From: an uncultured virus (IMG/VR IMGVR_UViG_2061766007_000736) | Taxonomy: Duplodnaviria; Heunggongvirae; Uroviricota; Caudoviricetes | IMG/VR virus record: IMGVR_UViG_2061766007_000736 | Reading direction: 5' to 3' (one strand) | DNA length: 20,000 bases | In this document: one piece after another, positions 1 to 9,753 of the stretch | Position numbering within the stretch: the stretch's first letter is position 1 | How the letters are laid out: each line of letters begins with the position of its first letter | Position numbers and translations under genes: made by a program | The notes under the pieces: generated by a model | The model's database searches: none | What the model saw: the letters and a program-made list of their open reading frames with translations, nothing else | What the model was told of the DNA's origin: nothing

Positions 1-11
1 TTTGAATAAAA

Positions 12-269
12 ATGCAAAATGATTTAATATGTCCAAACTGTAATTCCCTACTTTATTGGAGTCTTGACGAATGGGGTAGAACACCATGGCATTTACATTG
101 TGATAAATGTTCTATTAATATTGGTGTAACTAAACAAAATAAAGCTATTGAATTAATTCAAAAATATCATAAACCAAACACTTGGATTGAATATTATAAT
201 AATGAGATTAAAATATTATTTGAAAATAATAAACAAATAATATTTAAGGAGATAGATAATGCAAAGTGA
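12..269 (+). CDS. Small hypothetical protein with a Zn-ribbon-like CxxC...CxxC motif
   Basis: 85 aa ORF with CPNC and CDKC; its TGA overlaps the start of the topoisomerase gene. Confidence 0.7.
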   Translation: MQNDLICPNCNSLLYWSLDEWGRTPWHLHCDKCSINIGVTKQNKAIELIQKYHKPNTWIEYYNNEIKILFENNKQIIFKEIDNAK

Positions 270-2559
270 TTTAATAAAAGAATTAAGTACAAACTTTATT
301 GAATATGCCGCATCTGTTAATTCAGACAGAGCAATACCAAATGCTACTGACGGTCTTAAACCAGTTGCTAAAAGAATTCTTTATGGAGCTTTTACAGGAG
401 GAAGGACTAGTAATAAACCTCATGTAAAGTGTGCGAAGATTGTCGGAGATGTAATGGGATCCTATCATCCTCATGGCGATTCATCTATATATAGTGCATT
501 AGTTCGTCTTGCCCAAGACTGGGTAATGCGTTATCCTCTTATTGATTTTCACGGCAATGTTGGCAATCAGGCTGGAGATGAACCTGCCGCATCTCGTTAT
601 ACAGAAGCAAGACTTTCTAAATTAACAGAAGAAGGTATGCTTCAAGGGTTAAAGAAAAATAATGTTGATTTCATTCCTAATTATGATGAAACAACAGAAG
701 AACCTATAGAGCTACCAAGTATTTTTCCAAATCTTCTTTGTAATCCCAATAGTGGTATTGGTGTTGCTATGGCTTGCTCTTGGGCGCCTCATAATCTTGG
801 GGAAGTGGCCGCGGCGATTAATCAATATTTAATTGGTGAAGAACCAATGCTGCCGGGTCCAGATTTTCCAACAGGAGGAGTTATTATCAACTCAAAAGAC
901 ATTCCTGTAATTATGCGGACTGGACATGGTAGTGTAAAAATTCGTAGTAAATATGAAATTGATAAGCAAAAAATCGTATTTACAGAAATCCCCTATGGGA
1001 CAACTATTGAAGGGTTAATGACAGAAATTGGTAAAATTTCTGATGATAAAGAAATTGAAGGAATTGATAATATTCGTGACGAATCTAATAAAAAAGGTAT
1101 TAGAATTGTTATTGAATGTGATAAAGGCATTAATCCAGCAAATATTGTAAATAAATTATTTGCAAAAACAAATTTACAGAGTTCATTTAGCTATAATCAA
1201 GTTGCTCTTGTTAATAAGGTGCCAACTGAATTAAATCTTAAAAATTGTATTAAAATTTATGTTGACCATAATATTGATTGTATTGTAAGAGAGACTAAAT
1301 TTGATTTAAATAAAGCTATTGATAGACTTGAAATTGTTAATGGTTTGTTGCGGGCGCTTGAGGATATTGACAACATCATAACCCTGATTAAGAGTTCTGA
1401 AAATGCGACTGCCGCAAAGGAAAAATTAATTGCAAAATATCAGTTTACAGAAAATCAAGCTAAGGCAATTTTAGCTATGCGTCTGTCTTCTCTTGCTAGA
1501 CTTGAAAAGATAGAATTAGAGAAGGAAGCAAAAGAATTAGAAAATAAAATTGCAGATTTAAAAGATATTTTAACAAATGAAGAAAGGCAAAAAGGTATTC
1601 TTAAATCTCGCCTTTCTGATATTGTAAAGAAATATGGAGACGCCCGCCGCACAGAATTAACTCAGATTGATATTAAACCAGAAGATAAGGTAATTGAAGA
1701 AGTCATTCCAGAAGATTGCGTTGTAATTCTCTCTCAGGGTGGAAGTATTAAAAGAGTTCCGCAAAAATCTTTTAAGGTTCAGCGCAGAAATAGTAAAGGC
1801 GTAAAAACAAAAGATGATATTGTAATGTCTACTATTTCAACTAACACTATTGATAATTTACTTTTATTTACTAAAAAAGGTAAAATGTTTAAAATCATAG
1901 TTGATGAAGTGCCAGTTGGAACTAATGCTTCAAAAGGAGTCCATGTGGGAACATTAATTAATATGGACCAGGATGATGAAGTAATTGCAATCACTTCTCT
2001 CGCAAGAAGCAATACAGCAAAATATGTAGTATTCTTTACTAAAAAAGGTTTAATGAAAAAGACCTATTTAGAGGAATATACAAAAGTAAAACGTAGTACA
2101 GGTATTGCGGCAATTAAAATTAATGATGGTGATTCTATTGCTAATGTAGAATTTATTAATGAAGAAGATATTCTCGTAATTACTAAAAATGGAATGTCTA
2201 TTCATTTTGAAAGTAAACTTGTAAATCCCATTGGAAGAATTGCAGCAGGTGTAAAAACTATTAAACTTGATGACGATGATGAAGTCGTAGTTGGTATCCC
2301 GATTAAAGCTGATGATAATATTGCAATCTTTTCAACAAAAGGATATGGAAAAAAGACTTCTGTAAAAGAATTTACAGTACAAGGACGCGGCGGCAAGGGC
2401 CTTATGATTTATAGACCAAGCACTGTTTACGGTGAAATAGCTGGAGCGGCAGTTGTATCTAATGATGATACTATTTTACTCACAGGTCAGCCTAATTCTA
2501 TATGCATTGCTGCATCAGATTTACCTTCATTAACCAGAACCAGTTTTGGTAATATTATG
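259..2559 (+). CDS. gyrA: Type IIA topoisomerase subunit A (GyrA/ParC family); 3' end lies in the N gap
   Basis: DGLKPV, HPHGDS, catalytic AASRYTE, PNLLCN, GPDFPTGG and C-terminal beta-pinwheel repeats (QRRNSKG, QGRGGKG). SD AAGGAG upstream. No in-frame TAG. Confidence 0.95.
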
Positions 2560-2797
2560 NNNNNNNNNNNNNNNNNNNNNNNNNNNNNNNNNNNNNNNNN
2601 NNNNNNNNNNNNNNNNNNNNNNNNNNNNNNNNNNNNNNNNNNNNNNNNNNNNNNNNNNNNNNNNNNNNNNNNNNNNNNNNNNNNNNNNNNNNNNNNNNNN
2701 NNNNNNNNNNNNNNNNNNNNNNNNNNNNNNNNNNNNNNNNNNNNNNNNNNNNNNNNNNNNNNNNNNNNNNNNNNNNNNNNNNNNNNNNNNNNNNNNN

Positions 2798-2956
2798 GTT
2801 GAACATAATTATATGGATGATGTTGCTATTACATATGCCAAAACCAAAGAAGAAGCCATGGAAAAGTTCAAAGAATTTTATAATGATGTAAATAGTAAAA
2901 ATGTATCTGAACCATATTTCAATTATGGTGGAGTTGCGATACTTACTGATTACTAA
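2798..2956 (+). CDS. C-terminal part of a small hypothetical phage protein (start in gap)
   Basis: Open frame VEHNYMDDVAITYAKTKEEAMEKF...ILTDY ending in TAA. Confidence 0.6.
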   Translation, partial: VEHNYMDDVAITYAKTKEEAMEKFKEFYNDVNSKNVSEPYFNYGGVAILTDY

Positions 2957-2996
2957 TAGAAANNNNNNNNNNNNNNNNNNNNNNNGAGGAGAAAAA

Positions 2997-3314
2997 ATGT
3001 TTAAAAAAATTAGTCAAAAAATATTAGCCTATAAATACGAAAAAGCTAAAAATATTTATATAGTTGGTTGTTGGGCGCGATGGGGTGTGCTTCCCGCAAA
3101 ATTTAGCGGAAAATTTGATAAAGAAGGAAATCCATTAACAATTTATTATACAGATTGTAATGGTACCCAAGACCTCTATTATATTCATGAATGGTATAAA
3201 GAAACCACAGGGTCTACCATAGCTTATTTTTTTAATGAAGACCAAGCAGAAACTTTAGCAAGATATTTAAATGAAAAGGAGAATAAATGGAAGAGTGGAC
3301 TATTAGAAGTTTAA
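2997..3314 (+). CDS. Hypothetical protein (105 aa)
   Basis: GAGGAG SD then ATG at 2997 (MFKKISQK...); ends TAA and overlaps the ligase start. Confidence 0.7.
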   Translation: MFKKISQKILAYKYEKAKNIYIVGCWARWGVLPAKFSGKFDKEGNPLTIYYTDCNGTQDLYYIHEWYKETTGSTIAYFFNEDQAETLARYLNEKENKWKSGLLEV

Positions 3315-4426
3315 TAGATGAATTAAATAGATTAACAGAACTTTATGACAAAGGGACTCCAGAAGTTTCAGATGAATATTGGGACAATCTTTATTTTAAA
3401 CTAAAACAGATGGAGGAAGAAACTGGTCTTATTTATCCAGACTCGCCAACACAAAGTATTCATTTTGAGAAAGTTTCTGAATTAAAAAAAGTTAAACATA
3501 ATCATCCAATGCTTTCTCTTGATAAAACTAAAAATCTTGATGATATAAAATCATTTATTAAAGGATATAGCTGGATTTCTATGGCAAAATTAGATGGATT
3601 AACTTGTTCATTAAAATATGTTAATGGTGAGTTAGTTTCTGCTGAAACAAGAGGAAATGGCATCGAAGGTGAGGATATTACTCATAATGCAAAAGTTATT
3701 TCGTCAATCCCTCAAAAAATTAATTATATAAATGAATTAGTTGTAGATGGTGAAATTATTTGCACATATGAGGATTTTGAGCAATTTGAGACTTTATATA
3801 AAAATCCTAGAAATTTTGCAAGCGGAAGTATAAGGCTACTTGATTCACAAGAATGTGCAAGAAGACATCTTACATTTGTTGCTTGGGATTTCTTTTGTAA
3901 TAGTCAAATTTATGAACAATATTTTTATAATGAATATCTTAATTGGCCTCATAATATTCAAAAAACACTTTCTTTAAAACTTCAAATTTTAGGAGATTTA
4001 GGATTTACTGTTGTTCCCAATTTAACAGATTGTGATGTGGATTCGGTCGATAGGGCGGTTTCTATTATTAAAGAAAATTGCGTTTATCCCATTGATGGAA
4101 TTGTTTTTAAATATGATGATGTTGATGATTATGCGGCGGCTGGCCGCACAGATCATCATTTTAAAGGCGGTTTAGCATATAAGTTTTATGATGAAACTTA
4201 TGAAACTAATTTAAAAAATATTGAATGGACAATGGGGAGGACAGGAGTTCTTACTCCAGTAGCAGTATTTGATCCTATTAATATTGATGGTTCAACAATA
4301 GAAAGAGCCTCTCTTCATAATATAAGTATTATGAAAGAACTATTAGGAACTCCATATATAGGACAAAAAATTCAAGNNNNNNNNNNNNNNNNNNNNNNNN
4401 NNNNTGCAGAAAAAATTCCACAATAA
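3287..4426 (+). CDS. ligA: NAD+-dependent DNA ligase, N-terminal part (domain Ia, adenylation, OB fold)
   Basis: HPMLSLDK, KLDG (adenylated Lys), TRGNG, NPRNFASGS, DGIVFK, AYKF, GRTGVLTPVA, RASLHN. SD AAGGAG. Ends TAA after the OB domain, with a short N gap near the end. Confidence 0.93.
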   Translation: MEEWTIRSLIDELNRLTELYDKGTPEVSDEYWDNLYFKLKQMEEETGLIYPDSPTQSIHFEKVSELKKVKHNHPMLSLDKTKNLDDIKSFIKGYSWISMAKLDGLTCSLKYVNGELVSAETRGNGIEGEDITHNAKVISSIPQKINYINELVVDGEIICTYEDFEQFETLYKNPRNFASGSIRLLDSQECARRHLTFVAWDFFCNSQIYEQYFYNEYLNWPHNIQKTLSLKLQILGDLGFTVVPNLTDCDVDSVDRAVSIIKENCVYPIDGIVFKYDDVDDYAAAGRTDHHFKGGLAYKFYDETYETNLKNIEWTMGRTGVLTPVAVFDPINIDGSTIERASLHNISIMKELLGTPYIGQKIQXXXXXXXXXXAEKIPQ

Positions 4427-4441
4427 TGGTCAGATTCTTTT

Positions 4442-4493
4442 AATTTAAAGTTTTTATTTTTTATATTATAATGAAAAATAGAAACTTTAAATT
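4442..4493 (+). promoter_or_regulatory. Long inverted repeat upstream of the endonuclease RBS
   Basis: AATTTAAAGTTTTTATTTTT (4442-4461) pairs with AAAAATAGAAACTTTAAATT (4474-4493) with one U-G. The intervening 12 nt contain TATAAT. AAGGAG follows at 4495-4500. Confidence 0.6.
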
Positions 4494-4510
4494 CAAGGAG
4501 AAGAAATTAT

Positions 4511-5239
4511 ATGGCAAAAACACAAGATTTAACAGGGATGAGTTTTGGAAGATGGAAAGTTTTAAATTTAGCATTTAGAAAAAATGGAAAAATATATTGG
4601 CATTGTCAATGCCAATGTGATAAAAAAACAGAAAAAGATATTCAAGGACAACATTTAAAAGAAGGACGCTCTAAAAGTTGCGGTTGTTTAAGAAAAGAAC
4701 TTATCTCTTAGAAAACTAAAATTAATATGATAGGACAAAAATTTGGACATTTGATTGTTATTGCTTAGGCAAAAAGCAGTAAAGATAGACATGCTCAATG
4801 GCTTTGTCAATGTGATTGTGGAAATCAAAAAATTATTTTAGGAAAAAGTTTAAGAAATGGTAGCACTCAATCATGCGGATGCTTAAAATCAAAAGGTGAA
4901 GAAAAAATTATAAAACTTTTGAAAGAAAATAATATTTCTTTTTAGACAGAAAAAAGTTTTAATAATTGTAGATATACTGATACTAATTTTAAAGCAAAAT
5001 TTGATTTTTGGGTTAATAACTAGTATATTATCGAATATGATGGAAAACAGCATTTTGGAATTGGAGGATGGAATGATGAAAATAATTTTAAAATTATTCA
5101 ATAGCATGATTATTTTAAACAAGCATGGTGTAAAGAAAATAATATTCCATTGATTCGTATTCCATATACTCATTTATCTTCTCTTTCTATAAAAGATTTA
5201 TTATTAGAAACATCTCAATTTAAGGTATAGGAGGTATAA
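4511..5239 (+). CDS. Free-standing putative homing endonuclease (2x CxC...SCGC Zn repeat + Vsr/DUF559-like EYDGxQH nuclease), 242 aa with TAG as sense
   Basis: Continuous frame through TAGs at 4709, 4766, 4943, 5021, 5102 and 5228 to TAA at 5237-5239. Motifs WHCQCQC..SKSCGC, WLCQCDCG..TQSCGC, SKGEEKI, FDF, IEYDGKQH, LIRIPY. Confidence 0.85.
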
Positions 5240-5244
5240 TTATT

Positions 5245-6081
5245 ATGTATAAATTTTTAGAAATTCCAAAAATATGTCCATATTGTAATCAACCTACTGA
5301 AATAATTATTTCAGAAGCAAATGTAGAAAAATTATTTTGTACAAATCCAAACTGTAATGCTAAATTGATTAATCGTTTAGAAAATTTTGCAGGTAAAAAA
5401 GGTCTTGATATAAAAGGACTTTCAAAAGCAACTTTTGAAAAACTTATTGATTGGGGTTGGATAAATAATATCGAAGATATTTTTAATCTTTATACCCATA
5501 AGAATGAATGGATTAATAAGCCAGGCTTTGGTGTAAAATCTGTTGATAAAATACTTAAATCAATAGAAGAACATAAACATACAACACTTGATGCCTTTAT
5601 ATCTTCTATTGGTATTCCTTTTATTGGTAAAACAGCGGCAAGGGATTTAAGCAATTATTTTGAAACTTATGAAGATTTCCGTAATGCTATAAAAGATAAT
5701 AATTATCATTTTTATGATTTAGATAATTTTGGCGTAGAAATGGATAATAGTTTAAAAATTTTTAATTATGCGGAAGCTGATAGAATTTCTAAATTTTTAA
5801 TTATTGATGCCCCTGTTGTTAACAACGATTTAATAAAAAATAATCTTGTGGGAAAAACTATTGTCATTACAGGAAAACTTACAAAATTTAAGAATAGAGA
5901 CGAATTAAAAGCCGCCATTGAAAAACATGGTGGTAAAGTATCAAGTTCTATTTCAAAGAAAACTTTTTTACTTATTAACAATGATTTTGAAAGTCAGTCA
6001 TCAAAGAATAAAACTGCAAAAAGCTATGGAATACCAATTATCACAGAACTCGATTTTATGACACAATATCTTGAAAATTAA
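5245..6081 (+). CDS. ligA: NAD+-dependent DNA ligase, C-terminal part (Zn finger, HhH, BRCT)
   Basis: CPYC...FCTNPNC, LDIKGLS, GFGVKS, IGIPFIG, BRCT GKTIVITGKL...GGKVSSSISKKT. Has its own SD GGAGG (5230-5234) and ATG. Confidence 0.92.
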   Translation: MYKFLEIPKICPYCNQPTEIIISEANVEKLFCTNPNCNAKLINRLENFAGKKGLDIKGLSKATFEKLIDWGWINNIEDIFNLYTHKNEWINKPGFGVKSVDKILKSIEEHKHTTLDAFISSIGIPFIGKTAARDLSNYFETYEDFRNAIKDNNYHFYDLDNFGVEMDNSLKIFNYAEADRISKFLIIDAPVVNNDLIKNNLVGKTIVITGKLTKFKNRDELKAAIEKHGGKVSSSISKKTFLLINNDFESQSSKNKTAKSYGIPIITELDFMTQYLEN

Positions 6082-6099
6082 AAAAATTTTTGTTATTAT
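6071..6099 (+). promoter_or_regulatory. sigmaA/sigma70-type promoter
   Basis: TTGAAA-17 nt-TATTAT with extended TG; 16 nt of the spacer are identical to the promoter at 9687. Confidence 0.7.
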
Positions 6100-6168
6100 A
6101 AATATAGATGAAAAAGATAAATCATCTAGTAAGTATATAGATTAATTTTAAATTATAAGGAGAAAAAA

Positions 6169-6450
6169 ATGAAACAAAATAGTATTGATGTTTTTAATTA
6201 TGTGAAAAACCATGCTGACTAGAATCTAACAGCTAATGATATTGCAGAAGGACTAGGTTTATCACCAAGATCTGTAAATGCAATTATTACTTCTGTTTTT
6301 GTTCGTCATAAGGACGAAGATAAAAATGTTATTCCTCTCATGGAAAGAGTACCCGCAGAAGTATTTGATGATGTAACTGGATTCCATAAAGCTGTAAAGT
6401 TCATCAAACTGACAGATGATGGCGAAGTTTTTGAACCCGTTATTGACTAA
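6169..6450 (+). CDS. Winged-helix DNA-binding protein (93 aa, one in-frame TAG)
   Basis: AAGGAG SD. MKQNSIDVFNYVKNHAD*NLTANDIAEGLGLSPRSVNAII...FIKLTDDG; TAG at 6220; ends TAA. Missed by the ORF track. Confidence 0.8.
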
Positions 6451-6463
6451 GCACATTTTACGA

Positions 6464-6499
6464 AAGAGGATTGGATTTTAAAATCTAATCCTTCTTTTT
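6464..6499 (+). terminator. Rho-independent terminator
   Basis: AGGATTGGATTT / AAATCTAATCCT stem (one G-U) followed by TCTTTTT. Confidence 0.65.
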
Positions 6500-6513
6500 G
6501 TATAAGGAGAAAA

Positions 6514-7438
6514 ATGGTTCCAATAATTTTTAGTATTATATTTTTAATATGCGGTGGTATACTCTATTATAAGGCCCACCGCATAAAAATTGAAAAAAAT
6601 ATATAGCAATAGCAGTATAATAAAGAATTATTTGAATATAAAACCAATTTAGAACAAGAAGTTGAAAGAGTTCAACAGAGAAAGAATGATGAACAACTTT
6701 TAGTTCAGCAAATTTTAGAGCTTAAAAAACAAAGAAAATAGGAATTAGAAAATGATTTTTAGAAAGAACAAAATCTAATTCAATTAAAACTTCAAAAAGC
6801 GCAAGATAATTGTGACCGCTAGATTGNNNNNNNNNNNNNNNNNNAAAATAAGATAGTCTGCTCGCGAGTAGGCTAAACAAATACAAGAAGATATTAATAA
6901 ATTAAAAAATTCTTTAAGTGCCAGTGTCGAAGCACGTCTCCGCGAACAAGAGAAAAAAGAAAAAATTAATTTTTATAAGTTATCTATCACTGATGCGGAT
7001 TTAGCAGATGTTAAAATGTTAGAAAACTTAAAAGTATCTTTTCATAAACCTGTTGTTTTAAGTAAACTTATTTGGACTCAATATTTTCAAAAGCAAATGA
7101 CAGAATTATGCGATAGGGTTTTGGGAAAGAATGTAATTTGTGGAATTTATAAAATTACTAATTTATTAACTGAACAATGTTATATTGGACAAAGTGTTAA
7201 TATTGCAGATAGATGGAAGCAACATTGTAAATGCGGTTTAGGTATTTAGGCATCTGCAACAAATGTTTTATATAATGCTATGCAGCGAGATAAAATTTGG
7301 AATTTTTCTTTTGAATTACTGGAGGAGTGTCCAAGAGAATTATTAAATGAGAAAGAGCGTTTTTGGATAAATATGTATCAAAGTAATAACTATGGTTATA
7401 ATAGTAACGCAGGAGTAAAGAGTGCCAGCAAAAATTAA
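6514..7438 (+). CDS. N-terminal TM helix + coiled coil + C-terminal GIY-YIG nuclease (8 in-frame TAGs; spans an N gap of inexact length)
   Basis: AAGGAG SD. MVPIIFSIIFLICGGILYY hydrophobic start, E/Q/K-rich helix, then CGIYKITNLLTEQCYIGQSVNIADRW...LNEKERFWI...GYN. Ends TAA at 7436-7438. Confidence 0.8.
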
Positions 7439-8127
7439 ACATTAGATAGGTTAGATTATTAATACAAATAAAATATTAGAAGAAATAAGAAAAAATCATA
7501 AAATTTATTATAGAGTAGAATGTATTTTATGTCATAATATTAGATAGGTTAGAGCAGATAATTTAAATCAGACTTGTCGTTCCTGTGCAGCAAAAATTAG
7601 AGATAAAAAATATTCTAAAGTAAAAAAAGATTTAACAGGTCAACGATTTGGTAATTGGATAGTTATAAATAAAGCCTAGAAAACTAATTATTGGCATTGC
7701 AAAGACATTGAAACCGGAACGGAAAGAGATGTTTTTAGAGGCAATTTAACACAGGGCCTATCTAAAGGAGACGGTTCTGTTTTTTCTTGGGGACAAAGGC
7801 AAATTATTTATTTACTAAATTAGAATAGTCTTTCATATATAACAGAATGTACTTTTTCAGATTTAAAAACAGATAAAAATGGGACTCCAAGATTTGATTT
7901 TGCTATTATGGACACGCATAATAATGTCTATTGTTTAATAGAATATGATGGAAGACAACATTTTTATTATGATAAAAATTGGAAAATGTCAAAAAAAGAT
8001 TATTAGAGATTACAATATATAGACAATTTAAAAAATTAGTATTGTAAAATCCATAATATAAAGTTATATAGATTTAATAAAAATTCTATTTTATAGGAAT
8101 AGATTAATCAAATTGCACAAGAATTTT
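7422..8127 (+). CDS. Free-standing putative homing endonuclease (EYDGxQH family; GTG start; 9 in-frame TAGs; end in gap)
   Basis: AGGAG SD then GTG at 7422. CILC...CRSC, DLTGQRFGNW, RFDFAI, CLIEYDGRQH. TAGs at 7443, 7452, 7545, 7677, 7821, 8004, 8037, 8094, 8100. Confidence 0.8.
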
Positions 8128-8143
8128 NNNNNNNNNNNNNNTA

Positions 8144-9016
8144 ATGAAATTTGAACATACTTAGGTATTTAATTTTTAGGGAGCTTTTAGAGGACTTAGA
8201 AATCCCAAAAATAGTTGGAATAAAAGCGACAGCTTTTTTGGAATTATACCTATTGATTCTTATGATTACGAATCTGATGTAGCAGATAAATGGATCGGTT
8301 TTTCACATCCATAGTTAAAATGGCCTCAAGAATATACTGAAGAAGGATATAATCTTGAAGAACAGTATTGTGAAAAATTAATTAAAGATGGTGTATTAAG
8401 ATTAAATGATAATGATGAAATGGCAGAGGTTGCTTTTATTGGTCCTAATGATATGAAATTAGCACAAACCTTAATTAAAGGCGGCCCTGAACATCGTAAG
8501 TTTTTACGACAGATTTTTGTTTCTGTTGACATTACCGCGCCGCTTTATTGGTGGAAATAGATGGACACTTATAAAGTAGGAACAGTTGCCAACAGTACAT
8601 CAACAATGCACAAATTGGCAAGTAAGCCAATCACTCTTGATTGTTTTGAAACAGATGATTTTAATTAGGATTTAGTATATTACGAAATTCCAGGTGCGGC
8701 AAATGAAGTTGGTATGTTTGCAGACTTTATGATTGAACAACTTGAATTTCTTCGCCAGAAATATCTTGAAACAAAAGATAAAAGATATTGGAAAGAACTT
8801 GTGCGATGGCTGCCTTGTGGATGGCTCCAGACGAGAACTTGGACAGCTAATTACGAGACTATCCGCGCTATTTGTCACCAACGCCGCGACCATAAATTAA
8901 ATGAATGGAGTGGTAAAGATGATTCGTCTAAGGATACTTTTATCGCGTGGGCGCGTACATTACCATATGCTCAATATTTAATTTTTGATGATTAGAATGT
9001 TCCTTTTCAAATTGAA
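8144..9016 (+). CDS. thyX: Phage ThyX-like (flavin-dependent thymidylate synthase family) protein; 6 in-frame TAGs; end in gap
   Basis: GAFRGLRNPKNSW, GPEHRKFLRQIFVSVDITAPLYWWK*MDTYKVGTVANSTSTMHK, LP..WLQTRTWTANYETIR...RRDHKLNEW. TAGs at 8162, 8177, 8312, 8558, 8666, 8993. Confidence 0.75.
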
Positions 9017-9322
9017 NNNNNNNNNNNNNNNNNNNNNNNNNNNNNNNNNNNNNNNNNNNNNNNNNNNNNNNNNNNNNNNNNNNNNNNNNNNNNNNNNNNN
9101 NNNNNNNNNNNNNNNNNNNNNNNNNNNNNNNNNNNNNNNNNNNNNNNNNNNNNNNNNNNNNNNNNNNNNNNNNNNNNNNNNNNNNNNNNNNNNNNNNNNN
9201 NNNNNNNNNNNNNNNNNNNNNNNNNNNNNNNNNNNNNNNNNNNNNNNNNNNNNNNNNNNNNNNNNNNNNNNNNNNNNNNNNNNNNNNNNNNNNNNNNNNN
9301 NNNNNNNNNNNNNNNNCAAGAA

Positions 9323-9697
9323 ATGACTAAAAGAGAAGCATTTATTCAAATTGTAGATGATTTTTTTGAAAAAGCGATTTTAACAGGTGTAGATGATAAA
9401 TATGATTTAAATGCTGCGCTGGATTTTTTTAATGACTTTAAAAATGGTAAAACAAAAAATTCTGGAGCTATGACTGAAAATGGTCAGAAAATTCTTATTT
9501 GGATGCAGGAAAATGTAGATTCAATGAATAACATTTTCACATCTAGGGAGGCGGCAGAGGCACTCTTTACCAGCGGCCGCTCCATCGCAGGTTCTATGAG
9601 AAAACTTGTTAATGATGGTTATGTAGATAAAATTGGTAAAGACCCTGTCCAGTATTCACTGACAGATGCTGGTAAAAACTACCAGTTTGACAATTAA
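9323..9697 (+). CDS. Winged-helix DNA-binding protein
   Basis: TENGQKILIWM...FTSREAAEALFTSGRSIAGSMRKLVNDGYVDK...YSLTDAG matches a wHTH pattern. Confidence 0.8.
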   Translation: MTKREAFIQIVDDFFEKAILTGVDDKYDLNAALDFFNDFKNGKTKNSGAMTENGQKILIWMQENVDSMNNIFTSREAAEALFTSGRSIAGSMRKLVNDGYVDKIGKDPVQYSLTDAGKNYQFDN

Positions 9698-9715
9698 AAA
9701 AATTTTTGATATAAT
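9687..9715 (+). promoter_or_regulatory. Consensus sigmaA promoter upstream of the SSB-like gene
   Basis: TTGACA (9687-9692), 17 nt, TATAAT (9710-9715), with extended TGn. Confidence 0.88.
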
Positions 9716-9753
9716 ATAAGAGTAAAAGTTAGTTGATTAACGAGGAGAAAAAA

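Noticed and set aside
4427..5244. Group I intron or intein in ligA
   Set aside because: Only 84 nt upstream and 5 nt downstream of the endonuclease, no P4/P7-like elements, an in-frame TAA, and a dedicated SD and ATG for the C-terminal half.
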